Below are positions 28,280 through 39,100 of a DNA stretch of 64,000 nt, piece by piece. Both the position numbers and the translations under genes were made by a program. The stretch is from Bacilli bacterium (lineage in GTDB: Bacteria; Bacillota_I; Bacilli_A; RF39; UBA660). The notes under the pieces are model-generated. The model was not told the origin of the DNA. It did no database searches and saw only the letters and a program-made list of their open reading frames with translations. Location of the stretch: the NCBI GenBank assembly GCA_016302505.1, contig JAEDNL010000002.1:297-64296 (forward strand), read 5' to 3'. Position 1 is the stretch's first letter; every line of letters starts with the position of its first letter.

Positions 28280-30874
28280 ATGTCGTTTTTTGAAAAAAGA
28301 AAAAAAAGGAAAATACAATCAAGGGCTAATGCTTATATTAAAAGTTTAAAGGGAAAAGAAATTAAAGATATTGAAAAAAGTTTTTTAGATAATAAAGAGT
28401 TTGAAAACAATGAAATTGTTCTTTCACATCTATTCTTTAATTATAAAGAACTTATAAGAATATTACCTTTAAACTTTCAAGTTTCTAGGGTAAATAGTAA
28501 TTTATCTATGTTTAATTATGCTTCTGATGAGGCAAAGAAGCAAATAGTTTTAAAGTGGTTAAATGAAAATAAATTCTTTATGAATTCTTTTATAGTTAAA
28601 TTTACAGAAAAAGAGTATAATGAGTATTTATCTTTATATTTTCAAAGACCCGATGATGTTGCAAAATTATACATGGATGATTTAAAGAAAGTAATAACTG
28701 TACTTGAAAAAAATGATTTTAAAGAAACAAGAAATCTTATTAATAGAATTAAAGATAAATTAACTGAAAAACAGTGGGAGTATATAATACCAGTTAATCC
28801 TGCGTTTATTGAGTATGCTCCGATAAACATTCAAAATAAATATAGTGATGATGAAAAGTATGCAAGATATATAATTGGACCTGCTAAAAAAGCTTATATA
28901 GAAAAACAACTAAATAAGATTAATAGTGATTTATCTCTTTTGAAAGATATGGAAATAGATATTCAAAAAGAATATATAACTAAATATCCATCTATGATTA
29001 ATTATATCGATGAAGAAATTTTAGTAAATTTGTTAAAATACGATATTAACCTTATTAAATATGTTAATATATCTTCTTTGAAAAGTATTGATGATAAGAG
29101 TCATAAATTTATATATGGCTTACTTGATAATATTCAAAATAAATCAACAAGTGAAATAATAAATATATTTATTGATAAAGGTATATTAAATGCTAAGGGT
29201 AAACTATATAGATATGATGATAAAAGTAATAATTTATCTTATCAATATAGTAAAAAAATAATAAGTATTATTAAGTCTTTACCATTACAGACAATTAATG
29301 AATTAATTAAGGTAGATATTAATTATGTTCTTGCATATATAGTCCCTTTATATAATGATTCAATTGATAGAGTAACTAAGGATAAAATAATAATAGATTG
29401 CAATTCTAGATGTTTAAATCTATTTAGATTGTATTATGGTAGTGATGAAATATATACAAATTATTATAAAATAATAAATAAAATATTTAATGAATATTTA
29501 AATAATTTAGAAAATTATAATTATTTTAATGATTTTGAGTGTGTTTTTGATCTTTTAAAAATATTATTTAATAAAAATATTATGCTGAATAATGATTATA
29601 AAAAAGTTAGTATGTATATTGGAGTAAATTTAAAATATAAAAATGATCAGATGACTGATTCTCATGATTTTAAAATTAAAACATTAAATGAACTATTAAC
29701 TAATGCATATCATACGACTATAAATAATGATTCTGATTTATACGAAATATCTTCATTAGAACTTTTTGATAAAAGATTTTCATTTATAAGTGATAATATT
29801 CTAAAAGAATTTAATAAAAGTAACCATACCAATATATCCACATTATTATATATAGTAAAAAATGACAATACTAGAAATCTATTTATAAATTACTATAATA
29901 TTCTTAAGAATATATATAGTGATACTAAGGAAGTGTTATATAAATCCATTGAAAATTTTACATATAATAAAGAGTTATTAATGTCTTGTTTAAATAAAAA
30001 GTTAAATCCTAAAGAATTAGAAAATTTCATAAGTGTATTGTCTTCTTTTAATAATCCACTAAATGTTAGTGATAGTGAAAGTCTTAATAGTTATGAAATA
30101 GATTATTTAAAGCAATTTTTAATAGAACTTTCAAATATTAAAGATAGTACAATATATAAAAATATTTTATGTAAATATCTATTTAATAGGGGTTATAATT
30201 CTAAGGGCAATAGTGGTTGGTTAGAAATAACTACTATTAAACAAATAATAGATATTTATGATCCTTCTAAATTAAAGGACTTTAAAATTGATGGTAAAAA
30301 TGTCTTTAGTAAAAATGAACTATCTTATTTAAAATTTATTAGTAAATTGTTTTCATATGATGCTGAAGTATTATTTTCTTTTGTAGATAAAATGCTTAAT
30401 AAGAAAATTAAAAGAAATACTGTAGTAATTGGTAGCTTCTTTGAAAAGTTAAAAAAATATAAGAGAGAGATTATTAATTCATCCCTAGTGACATTGAGTG
30501 AATTAGATGCTTTATCATCTAGTGCTGAATTTGTTACTTTAAAGGAAATTGATGGTGTTAAAGTATATACCGTTTATGATAATGATTTTAAAGTATTATA
30601 CTCATATAATGATGATAAAATACATTGTAGTTATAGTGATGCTAGTAAAATATTAAAAAATTCTTATTGTTATGAATTTATACCAAATAATATCAATTTT
30701 AGATTTACAACTTTTGATGATAAAACAATATTAAAAATAAATAAAGATGAAATAATTAATAAAAATAGTCTTATTCCTAAGTTTATTATAGTATCTGGTA
30801 TGGTAACTGATGAAATAATTAATGTTGCGAAGAGAGAGAAGCTTAGTGTAGTGTCATTGGAGGAAAAATTATGA
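28280..30874 (+). CDS. Large (864 aa) Asn/Lys/Ile-rich cytoplasmic protein of unknown function
   Basis: Long ORF behind an AGAGGTG RBS with no TM or signal peptide. Recurrent ...P-x-x-I-x-Y-[AIV]... segments (VNPAFIEYAPINIQ, YPSMINYIDEEILVNLLKYDINLIKYVN) hint at a repeat architecture that I cannot name with confidence. Confidence 0.6.
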   Translation: MSFFEKRKKRKIQSRANAYIKSLKGKEIKDIEKSFLDNKEFENNEIVLSHLFFNYKELIRILPLNFQVSRVNSNLSMFNYASDEAKKQIVLKWLNENKFFMNSFIVKFTEKEYNEYLSLYFQRPDDVAKLYMDDLKKVITVLEKNDFKETRNLINRIKDKLTEKQWEYIIPVNPAFIEYAPINIQNKYSDDEKYARYIIGPAKKAYIEKQLNKINSDLSLLKDMEIDIQKEYITKYPSMINYIDEEILVNLLKYDINLIKYVNISSLKSIDDKSHKFIYGLLDNIQNKSTSEIINIFIDKGILNAKGKLYRYDDKSNNLSYQYSKKIISIIKSLPLQTINELIKVDINYVLAYIVPLYNDSIDRVTKDKIIIDCNSRCLNLFRLYYGSDEIYTNYYKIINKIFNEYLNNLENYNYFNDFECVFDLLKILFNKNIMLNNDYKKVSMYIGVNLKYKNDQMTDSHDFKIKTLNELLTNAYHTTINNDSDLYEISSLELFDKRFSFISDNILKEFNKSNHTNISTLLYIVKNDNTRNLFINYYNILKNIYSDTKEVLYKSIENFTYNKELLMSCLNKKLNPKELENFISVLSSFNNPLNVSDSESLNSYEIDYLKQFLIELSNIKDSTIYKNILCKYLFNRGYNSKGNSGWLEITTIKQIIDIYDPSKLKDFKIDGKNVFSKNELSYLKFISKLFSYDAEVLFSFVDKMLNKKIKRNTVVIGSFFEKLKKYKREIINSSLVTLSELDALSSSAEFVTLKEIDGVKVYTVYDNDFKVLYSYNDDKIHCSYSDASKILKNSYCYEFIPNNINFRFTTFDDKTILKINKDEIINKNSLIPKFIIVSGMVTDEIINVAKREKLSVVSLEEKL

Positions 30875-31038
30875 TAGATGATATTAATAAAGAAATAGAA
30901 AATCTTAAAAATGATGAAGAAAGTTATATAAAATACATTGAATGTTTTTGTGAAATAGATAAGGTAATTGAAGAAAATTCTGAGGAATATATCGAGTTTA
31001 AGAAAATGGATGAAAATAGTTTTGATGATGAATACTAA
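30871..31038 (+). CDS. Small acidic protein (55 aa), translationally coupled to the 864-aa gene
   Basis: Absent from the ORF track, presumably below its length cutoff. Its ATG (30871) overlaps the upstream TGA (ATGA), and GGAGGA lies 8 nt upstream. Product: MIDDINKEIENLKNDEESYIKYIECFCEIDKVIEENSEEYIEFKKMDENSFDDEY. Confidence 0.4.
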   Translation: MIDDINKEIENLKNDEESYIKYIECFCEIDKVIEENSEEYIEFKKMDENSFDDEY

Positions 31039-31046
31039 AAAAAATG

Positions 31047-31098
31047 AATTAATGAGGTTGTTTACATATATCTTACAATCTCAATTAATCATTTTTTT
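31047..31098. terminator. Probable bidirectional terminator between convergent genes
   Basis: Long imperfect hairpin (AATTAATGAGGTTGT ... ACAATCTCAATTAAT) flanked by an A-run (31036-31044) and a T-run (31092-31098). Confidence 0.45.
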
Positions 31099-31666
31099 AA
31101 TATATAATTTCATCATTTTCAAATTTAATATCTAAGAATTTCTTACTTGATAAGTAATCACACATATGAACAAATCTTTGGTATTTATCTTTTGGTTTAT
31201 TTAATATTTCTTCACCTTTATAATTCTTTGTAAATGGTCCCATGTGAGTTTCTATACATCTGCAAACTAGATCAAGTTCATTATCATTAAGTTCTAATTT
31301 GTCTTTATTTTCTTTTATATACTCACTCATTATTATAGGATGTTCAAATACAGTGTATTCGGTTTTAACTTTACCATGTTTAAGACCATCATGAAGTGTT
31401 ATTGCCATAATGATTAAGTCTTTTTCATCATCATTAAAATTATTTAAGCATTCATTATCTAAAAGTTCTTTTGCTATTCTAACTGCAGCTTTTGTATGTC
31501 TTAAAAGTCCTCCTTCGTTTAATGAAAAAGATGGGTGATATTTACCTGTTGATGATGCTGGTACATGAAAAAAATATTCTGGTAGAAGATTTATTAATGT
31601 GATTAAACTATTTTTAATTCTATCATTTTTTATATAATTAATTTCTTTATTAAATTTTTCTTGCAT
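31097..31666 (-). CDS. HD-domain metal-dependent phosphohydrolase
   Basis: 189 aa. TGKYHP...HTKAAVRIA and ITLHDGLKHG give the H...HD...D pattern of the HD superfamily. Confidence 0.75.
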   Translation of the reverse strand: MQEKFNKEINYIKNDRIKNSLITLINLLPEYFFHVPASSTGKYHPSFSLNEGGLLRHTKAAVRIAKELLDNECLNNFNDDEKDLIIMAITLHDGLKHGKVKTEYTVFEHPIIMSEYIKENKDKLELNDNELDLVCRCIETHMGPFTKNYKGEEILNKPKDKYQRFVHMCDYLSSKKFLDIKFENDEIIY

Positions 31667-31735
31667 TTTAATACCTCTTAAATATTATATAACAAAAATA
31701 TTAAATTTTCTATTTATTTATGTTATTATTTAATT

Positions 31736-32611
31736 ATGAAAGAAGAAATAATAAGAATTAGTAAAATTAATAATATAGATAAAATTGGATTTTGTAATAT
31801 TAAAAATTTAAAAATACCATATGAAAAATATAAATTACAAGAAACACTTAATTATAAGTGTTCATTTCAAGTAGGAGATTTATCCGATAAATCACTTATT
31901 AATAAAAAATATAATATTTATAACACAGTAATAGTCATTTTAGTAAGTTATAATAAAGTAGATTTTAGTGATAAGTCATGTGTGAGCTTGAGTTCATGTG
32001 CTTATGGGAGGGACTATCATTTAGAATTAAAAGATAAAATGCAAGATATATGTGAATATTTAAAAGATAATGGATATATTTACAAAACATATGTTGATAA
32101 TAATCCATTGGATGAAAGATTGCTTGCTTATAATGCTGGGTTAGGTTTCTTTGGAAAAAATAATTTGTTAATAAATGAAGATATTGGTTCATATTTTTTT
32201 ATAGGAGAGATATTAACTGATGCGGTAATTGAAAGTGATAAAATACAAAATAATAAATGTATTGGATGTAACAAATGTATAAAAGTATGTCCGACTCATG
32301 CTTTAAATGATAATGGTATTTTAAATTCAAAGAGATGTTTAAGTTATTTAACTCAAAGTAAAAAGTTGGATGAAAATGATTATAAATATTTTGATAATTG
32401 CATATATGGGTGTGATAAATGTATAAGTATATGCCCATATAATAATATAATTAAAGAAGTTAAAAATGAGATTGATATTGATGAATTTTTGAGTATGTCT
32501 AGTGAAGAATATAAAAATAAATATTCTTCTAATGCTAGTTATTGGAGAGGAAAAAAAGTTCTTGACAGAAACATAAATATTTATTTAAATAATTTGAAAA
32601 AGAAAAAATAG
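31736..32611 (+). CDS. queG: Epoxyqueuosine reductase (QueG-like, 4Fe-4S)
   Basis: 291 aa. DUF1730-like N-half (YGRDYHLELKDKMQDI, AGLGFFGKNNLLINEDIGSYFFIGEILTD). Ferredoxin-type clusters CIGCNKCIKVCP and CDKCISICP. CLSYLTQ motif. Confidence 0.8.
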   Translation: MKEEIIRISKINNIDKIGFCNIKNLKIPYEKYKLQETLNYKCSFQVGDLSDKSLINKKYNIYNTVIVILVSYNKVDFSDKSCVSLSSCAYGRDYHLELKDKMQDICEYLKDNGYIYKTYVDNNPLDERLLAYNAGLGFFGKNNLLINEDIGSYFFIGEILTDAVIESDKIQNNKCIGCNKCIKVCPTHALNDNGILNSKRCLSYLTQSKKLDENDYKYFDNCIYGCDKCISICPYNNIIKEVKNEIDIDEFLSMSSEEYKNKYSSNASYWRGKKVLDRNINIYLNNLKKKK

Positions 32612-32649
32612 TGTGTTAAAATTAAATATAGTAAAGATAAGGAGATATT

Positions 32650-33171
32650 ATGATTAAATTATTTAAGAAAAAAGATATACCAAGAAAAAATTATTATATT
32701 GTTATTGCTGTTACAATATTAGTTGTTCTTTTAATGATTTTTGTAAGATCTTTTTATCTAAGTTATAAATCTTCTAAATTATCTAATAGTATTTTTTCTA
32801 ATAAAATAGTTAATCAAATACATATGGATGATTTTGATTTTGCGATTGCTGAAATATCTGATGTGATATTATATGTAAGTTATACTGGTTCTAATGAAAT
32901 TTATAGTATGGAGAAAAGATTATTTAAAGAAATTGAAAATAATAATTTAACTGATAAAATTATTTATTTAGATGTCACTAAATATAATAAAAATAATAAA
33001 TATATTAAGACATTAAGAGATAAATTCCCTAATATTGATAATGAGATAAATTCTGCTCCGTTATTTATATATATAAAAGATGGTCAAGCAGTTGAAGCAA
33101 TGAGCAGTGAATTTAGAATGGTTGATTATAAAATACTTAATAAATTAGTTGATAAATATGAAATAGAATAG
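32650..33171 (+). CDS. Membrane-anchored thioredoxin-fold-like protein lacking the CXXC motif
   Basis: 173 aa with an N-terminal TM. The block order VILYVSYTGSNEIYSMEKRLFKEI / IIYLDVTKY / APLFIYIKDGQAVEAM follows the thioredoxin fold, but GSNE stands where CXXC would be. By-eye call. Confidence 0.45.
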   Translation: MIKLFKKKDIPRKNYYIVIAVTILVVLLMIFVRSFYLSYKSSKLSNSIFSNKIVNQIHMDDFDFAIAEISDVILYVSYTGSNEIYSMEKRLFKEIENNNLTDKIIYLDVTKYNKNNKYIKTLRDKFPNIDNEINSAPLFIYIKDGQAVEAMSSEFRMVDYKILNKLVDKYEIE

Positions 33172-33241
33172 TTTCATATTTTTAATTATGTGTTTTTTTT
33201 TACATTAAATTATGGTATCATATATATAAGATAGGTGATGT

Positions 33242-34837
33242 ATGAAAGAGTATGTTACTTTAAAATTAGAAGATGAAATGATAGTCTTTAATTATGAAAC
33301 TATTTCTGATGAAGCAATTAAAATGGTTGATAAGAATAGTTTTTTTAAAGATACTCTTTTTTATACGTTAAAATACTTTAGAAAAAATATAAACAATATT
33401 TGTAAAAATTTTACAAACATTAAAACTATGTATGTTAAAAGATTAGTAACATTTAAATATATTAGGGATATAATGTTTGATTTAAGGATAGAGAATCTTA
33501 AATTAGATTTTAGATCTACCATATCTTTAGAAGATTATGAATTGTTTTTAGGATTAGATAGTCTTAATAAAATAGATTGTTATTACATGCCAAAATTTAT
33601 TAAAGAAAAGTTTGAAAGTAAAGGTGTAATAGTAAATCTTTATAATAGGAATAAAGTGTCAGATAGATTTATGCTTCAAGTTGATGCGTTTGATTATGAG
33701 ACATTATATTATATTAAAAATCTATGTATTAAAGAAGATTATCCTAATTTATTAGATGATATAAAAGAGTTTTTAAGAATTAATTATAATTTAAAGGCAA
33801 TTCATATATACATATTTTCTAAAGATATAATTGAGGGAATAGTTAATTTAGTTAAAAACGATGAGGCAAGAAATATAATGTTTTTTTTGCATCAAGAATA
33901 TGATAAAGATAATTTTATAGTTAATAATATATCTTGGTTAAAAGAGTTAAATGAAAAATGTAAAAATGAATATACTTGTGAATTTAAAATAATATATTCT
34001 AATTCATTTTTAAGAAAGAATTTATTTAAGCAGTTAACATTTAATAATTTAAAACTTATAACTGTATTTGGCGTTTATGTGAGTTTAGTATCTATAATTA
34101 TAGTTAAATCTTATCAATTTGTTGAAAAAGCTAGTATTGATCAGATAAGAAATAATATTATTAGTGATTCTTATGCAGCTAGCGATACTGAAGATACAAC
34201 AATAGAAGATGAAGAAATAGAAGAACCCGCTGTTAGTAGTGATAAGACTACTAAGAAGGAAGTTACTAATAAATATACATTTAAAAATGCTATCAATGAA
34301 TTAATAAAAACTAATAATGAAACAGTAGGATTTTTAAAAGTAAATAATACTAATATTAATTATCCCGTAGTCCAGCATTCTGATAATAGTTATTATTTAA
34401 ATCATGATTTCTATAAGAAAAAGAAAGTAATGGGTTGGGTATTTTTAGATTATAGAAACTCACATGATAGTTTTGATTCTAATAATATTATATATGGACA
34501 CAATATGCCAAATAAAACTATGTTTGGTAGTTTAAGTAATGTTATGACGTCTTCATGGAGAAAGAATAAAAATAACTTAATAATTACTTATGATACTTTA
34601 AATAATAATAATAAATTTAAAATATTTTCTATTTATAAAGTAGATTATACTACAGATTATTTAAAAACTAAGTTCTCATCAAAAGAAGAATTTGATAGTT
34701 TTGTTAAAATGATTAGAAATAGAAGTACATTAAAGTCAGATGAGAAAGTAGAATATGGTGATAAAATACTTACATTATCTACTTGTGCTGATAAGGGTAA
34801 AAAACGACTTGTAGTGCATGCAGTACTTATAGATTAG
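33242..34837 (+). CDS. Bitopic membrane protein: ~270-aa cytoplasmic domain of unknown function + TM + acidic linker + class-B-sortase-like domain
   Basis: 531 aa. TM LKLITVFGVYVSLVSIIIV. Sortase B-like blocks VGFLKVNNTNINYPVVQHSDNSYYLNHD, IIYGHNM (His), LTLSTCADKG (Cys codon 34784-34786), RLVVHAVL (Arg). Confidence 0.75.
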   Translation: MKEYVTLKLEDEMIVFNYETISDEAIKMVDKNSFFKDTLFYTLKYFRKNINNICKNFTNIKTMYVKRLVTFKYIRDIMFDLRIENLKLDFRSTISLEDYELFLGLDSLNKIDCYYMPKFIKEKFESKGVIVNLYNRNKVSDRFMLQVDAFDYETLYYIKNLCIKEDYPNLLDDIKEFLRINYNLKAIHIYIFSKDIIEGIVNLVKNDEARNIMFFLHQEYDKDNFIVNNISWLKELNEKCKNEYTCEFKIIYSNSFLRKNLFKQLTFNNLKLITVFGVYVSLVSIIIVKSYQFVEKASIDQIRNNIISDSYAASDTEDTTIEDEEIEEPAVSSDKTTKKEVTNKYTFKNAINELIKTNNETVGFLKVNNTNINYPVVQHSDNSYYLNHDFYKKKKVMGWVFLDYRNSHDSFDSNNIIYGHNMPNKTMFGSLSNVMTSSWRKNKNNLIITYDTLNNNNKFKIFSIYKVDYTTDYLKTKFSSKEEFDSFVKMIRNRSTLKSDEKVEYGDKILTLSTCADKGKKRLVVHAVLID

Positions 34838-34846
34838 GAGGATAGA

Positions 34847-35488
34847 ATGAAAAAGATATTATTATTTATATCAATGTTAATTCCTGTTTATGTTAATGCG
34901 GTGTGTGATAATAGTGAAATAGTTAATTTAGGTAAACTTGCTAGTAACATTACATATGATACTGAATATTCTAAGAGTTTATCTAAATATACTGTTACAT
35001 TTTATAATGTAGTAGAAGATATATATTTAGAATATAATAATAAAAAGTATAGTCCTAATCAAAATAATGAGGTTACGATAAGTGGTTTGGAAGAGGGAAA
35101 TGTCATAGATGTAGTTGTTTATCCAAATGCTTCAGATTGTAGAAGTAGTTTATTAACAATAAGTGTTAAACTAAAATACTATAATACATTTTATAATGAT
35201 TCTAGGTGTAAAAAGTATGCTGATAATGGATGTAGCACTGTTTATTGTACTAATCAATTTTTAGATGTAAAACCTACACTAATATTGTTTGAAGAGTCTC
35301 TTAAAAATACATGTGAAGAACCAGCGATACCCTTATCAAAACCTGATAATGAAGAAGTTACATTATATGATAAAATAGCAGATTTTTTATTAGACTATGG
35401 TATCAAATTTTTATTAATCGCAATTAGTTTAACTGTATCAATATTAATATTTACAAATAAATATAGAAAAATTAAACATGGTATTTAA
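34847..35488 (+). CDS. Secreted Cys-containing protein with C-terminal membrane anchor
   Basis: 213 aa. Signal peptide ...PVYVNA/VCDN, several Cys, C-terminal TM (FLLIAISLTVSILIF) with a basic tail NKYRKIKHGI. No LPXTG/NPQTN-like motif precedes the anchor. Confidence 0.6.
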   Translation: MKKILLFISMLIPVYVNAVCDNSEIVNLGKLASNITYDTEYSKSLSKYTVTFYNVVEDIYLEYNNKKYSPNQNNEVTISGLEEGNVIDVVVYPNASDCRSSLLTISVKLKYYNTFYNDSRCKKYADNGCSTVYCTNQFLDVKPTLILFEESLKNTCEEPAIPLSKPDNEEVTLYDKIADFLLDYGIKFLLIAISLTVSILIFTNKYRKIKHGI

Positions 35489-35499
35489 AAGGAGTTAAA

Positions 35500-36120
35500 A
35501 TGAAAAAAGGAATAAAAATAGGTTTACTTATAACAATATTGTTATTCTCATCGAAAGTTTATGCAGAATGTAATAATAATGAACTTAATGATTGGGCAGA
35601 AAATGTTAGTATTGAATATAAAGATAATCTAAAATCAGGTGATTATAATTACCTTTTATTGGTTAGTCCATATAATGAATTAGCTACTGTTAAAGTTGTA
35701 TTAGATGATAAAGAATATTTAATAGATTATGATAGTGATTATAAAACTAATGTTGTTGGTAGTAACATTCATTTTGATGAAAAAAAATATATAATTAAAT
35801 TTTATGGTAATGAAAAGTCTGGTTGTAATAATGAATTATTAAGAGAACTTGAGTATAAAGTTCCTGGATATAATAAATATTCTGATTATGAATATTGTAA
35901 AAATAATAAAAATTTAGAAATTTGTAAGACTAATACTGATAATAAGAATTTAAGTGATGAAGAATTTAATAAAAAAATAGTAAAAGAAGAAGTTGAAGAA
36001 AAATCAATATTATCATTTATTAAAAATTATTGGTGTTTTGTGATTGTCCCTATAGTTATAGTGGCAGTAATTTATTATTATAAAGTATATTTATTAAAGA
36101 AAAAGGAGAATAAGAAATGA
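35500..36120 (+). CDS. Module A gene 1: small secreted Cys-containing protein with C-terminal anchor
   Basis: 206 aa. Signal peptide ...SSKVYA/ECNNNELNDWAENV and C-terminal TM + KKKENKK. Paralogue of 40470..41138, with shared blocks such as FYGNEKS-x-CN-x-ELLRE-[LI]-EYKVP. Confidence 0.65.
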   Translation: MKKGIKIGLLITILLFSSKVYAECNNNELNDWAENVSIEYKDNLKSGDYNYLLLVSPYNELATVKVVLDDKEYLIDYDSDYKTNVVGSNIHFDEKKYIIKFYGNEKSGCNNELLRELEYKVPGYNKYSDYEYCKNNKNLEICKTNTDNKNLSDEEFNKKIVKEEVEEKSILSFIKNYWCFVIVPIVIVAVIYYYKVYLLKKKENKK

Positions 36121-39100
36121 AAAAGTTAAGTAGATTATTTATAATTTCATCCTTATTCTTTATAGGGAATAGTAATGTTAATGCAGTTGTTTCTGTTAAT
36201 AGTGATACTGTTTATAAGATAGAAGAGCAAGGACCTGCTACTTATAAATATGTTGAAAGTAAAACTTCATCAATCGATAAATTTTATAAAGTAGTTGATT
36301 CAACTAAGTATATAATATTTAATACTACTGATGGAGATGTAGATTGTAAAGATAAAACAAGTTGTCAAAATATCGTTGATAAAAAGTGTGCAAATAAAGA
36401 TGATTGTTCTCTTGATTTGGTTGTTAATGAAAAAATAGCTCAGTCACTTGCAAATGATTACTGTAAAGAAAAAGACAACTGTACTGTAATGAAAATGTGT
36501 TGTGATAAAACCAATTGTATTAGTGAAGAAAAATGTATTTCTTCAAAAGAATTAAAAACAGTTGCAGTAGAAAAAGGAAAAGTAAGAAAACAATATAGTG
36601 TAATTGATACATTTCAAACTAGAATATGGAGATATAAAATAAATTATGGTTCTAAGTGGTCAGAAGCATATTGTATTCAACCAGGTAAAATGGGACCATT
36701 TGGTGGGCAAAATTATTTTTTAAATCATTCAATTGATGTAAGAAGTTGTACTTCAGTCTATGATAAAAATATTGGTTATCCATGTGGGCTTGCTGAAGTC
36801 TTCTATCAAGCATATAGTAAAAAATACGATGAATCAAATGAAGATGATTTTACTAGTATAAATATAGCATTAAGATTATGGATAAATTATTATTATAAAG
36901 TATATAATACATATAATTCATTATCTGATATTGATAAATCTGGGTATGAAAAATTAGATGATACTTACACGGAGTCATCAATTTATGAAAGTACTGTTCT
37001 TGCAATACTTGATAATTATAGTAGTGGTAAATGTAGTGATGCATCTAAATATAAAGGAAATATATTATGTGATAGTAAAAATAAAAATAATAATGTAATA
37101 TCAAGAGCTATTCAATTGTTTAATTTAGTTAGAAATGCTAAAACATTTCATGGTAATGAATTTATGAAAGCAGATACTATTAAAGATGCTCAATCTAAAA
37201 TAACTTTAATAGAAAAAGGATATAAAAATAATAAAAAAATATTTGAAGTGGAAGTTAAAGGACTTAAAGATGTAATTATAACGGATGAAACTAATAAAAA
37301 TATTACTTTATATGAATCTATATATAAGAGTTGTCATAATAAAGAAAATACCACTGAATGTAAAAAAGCTATTAAATTTACAGATGGTAATGGAACTTCT
37401 TATTATCCTGCGACTACTAATGCTGATGGAACATTTACAATTGATTGGGATAACACTCAAGGAAAAGATAGTTTAGTGTTCAAAGTTATCAATTATGAAG
37501 TATGTTATAAATCAACAGGAAACGATGTTTCTGATTCAAAAGCTGCTGTATATTTTGGAAGTGCTAGTGGTTATGATGCTAAATTAAGAATATATTATCC
37601 AAATAACAATAGTTATCAAATAATGGTTAGTTATTTTAATGAGGGATTTAAAGATAAGCTTGGTTCTAGCTGGGACTATAGAATTAAAATTAATATAGAT
37701 GATGATTCATATTGCGTGGATAATTGTAGTGATAAATGTAGTGATTCTAAACAATCAACTGATTTTGAACAATCAGGTTCAAAACAATTGTTAGGAACTT
37801 GTGGAGATGATGCTTCTTTGTATTCAGAATATACTATAGAAGATCCAGGAATGAGTTGTATTGTTAATTCGTGTAATAGTGTTACTAAAGACAAGTATGA
37901 AGAAAGTAAAGCTATATCTAATCAATACTGTAAAGTCTATTGTAGAAATACTACAAAATATTATCTTAAAAATAAAGTAGATGTTTATGCAGGAATGCAA
38001 TTTAGCTATGATTTAGGTAGTGAACTTATAAAAAACGGTATCATATCCTCACAAGTAAAACCTGATTATAAATTAACTAGTGTTGTTATGGAGCATAAAC
38101 AATGTACTAGTGTAATTGATAATGATAAATGGCAAAATGATTATAAAAACGCAAATAAAGATGCTAAGACTCAACTTGAATATGATTTATATAATTGTAA
38201 TTTATATAGTTCAAAAAATATGCCAAGTAAATATAATAACTATATAAATAAAAACACTGGTACAATAAGAGATTATTTATATAGTAGTGAACTTGATGAT
38301 TGTGTTAATGGAAGTAGTAATTGTAATAAAATTGATGTATCTTATGATGAGGGATATAAAGTTGTACTTAATAAAAATGTAAGAAAAGAAACTTCAAACA
38401 AAACATACTACTGTAGTAGTAATAATTGTTTTGATAATAGTGATGTTAATAGTTGTTCATCAGAAAAATCTAACATGAATGGTTCTATACCAAATAATAA
38501 ATATGCAACTGTATTCATTGATACACAATATGATTATTACTTAAAAACTAAATTTAAATATGAAACATATACAGGAAATATAATTACAAATGGTAAAACT
38601 GAAAATACAGTAGATCTACCATCATTTAGTTATCCTATAAAGAGTACTACTAGGACAGGTACTTATAATATAAAATATTCAATAACTAATATAGCAAAAA
38701 ATAAAGTATATGATTTTAATAATATTAAATATACATGTAAATATAATGTTTATAATGTAACTAAAAAATATGATTGTAATTATAAAACTGGAGAATGTTC
38801 TAATTCATGTTATGAAGTTAAAAATGGTGTAGCTGTTTTAAAGAGTGAATGTATGAGTTTTAAAAAATCTAATGATGTTGGTATGGGACTTATATATAGA
38901 AATGTTTCATTAGGAAAATTATTCCCTGCTAGTAGAGTTAATTATTCTAACTGGAGTGATTATAATTATGTAATTAATCCTGAGATTTATAATAAAAATT
39001 TTTCCAATAAGACTATTAATGTAAGTGAAATTAAAAAAACTATAGAAAATACTAGTGAAGAATTATATAAACAAGATAATGAACATTTAGAATATAGTTA

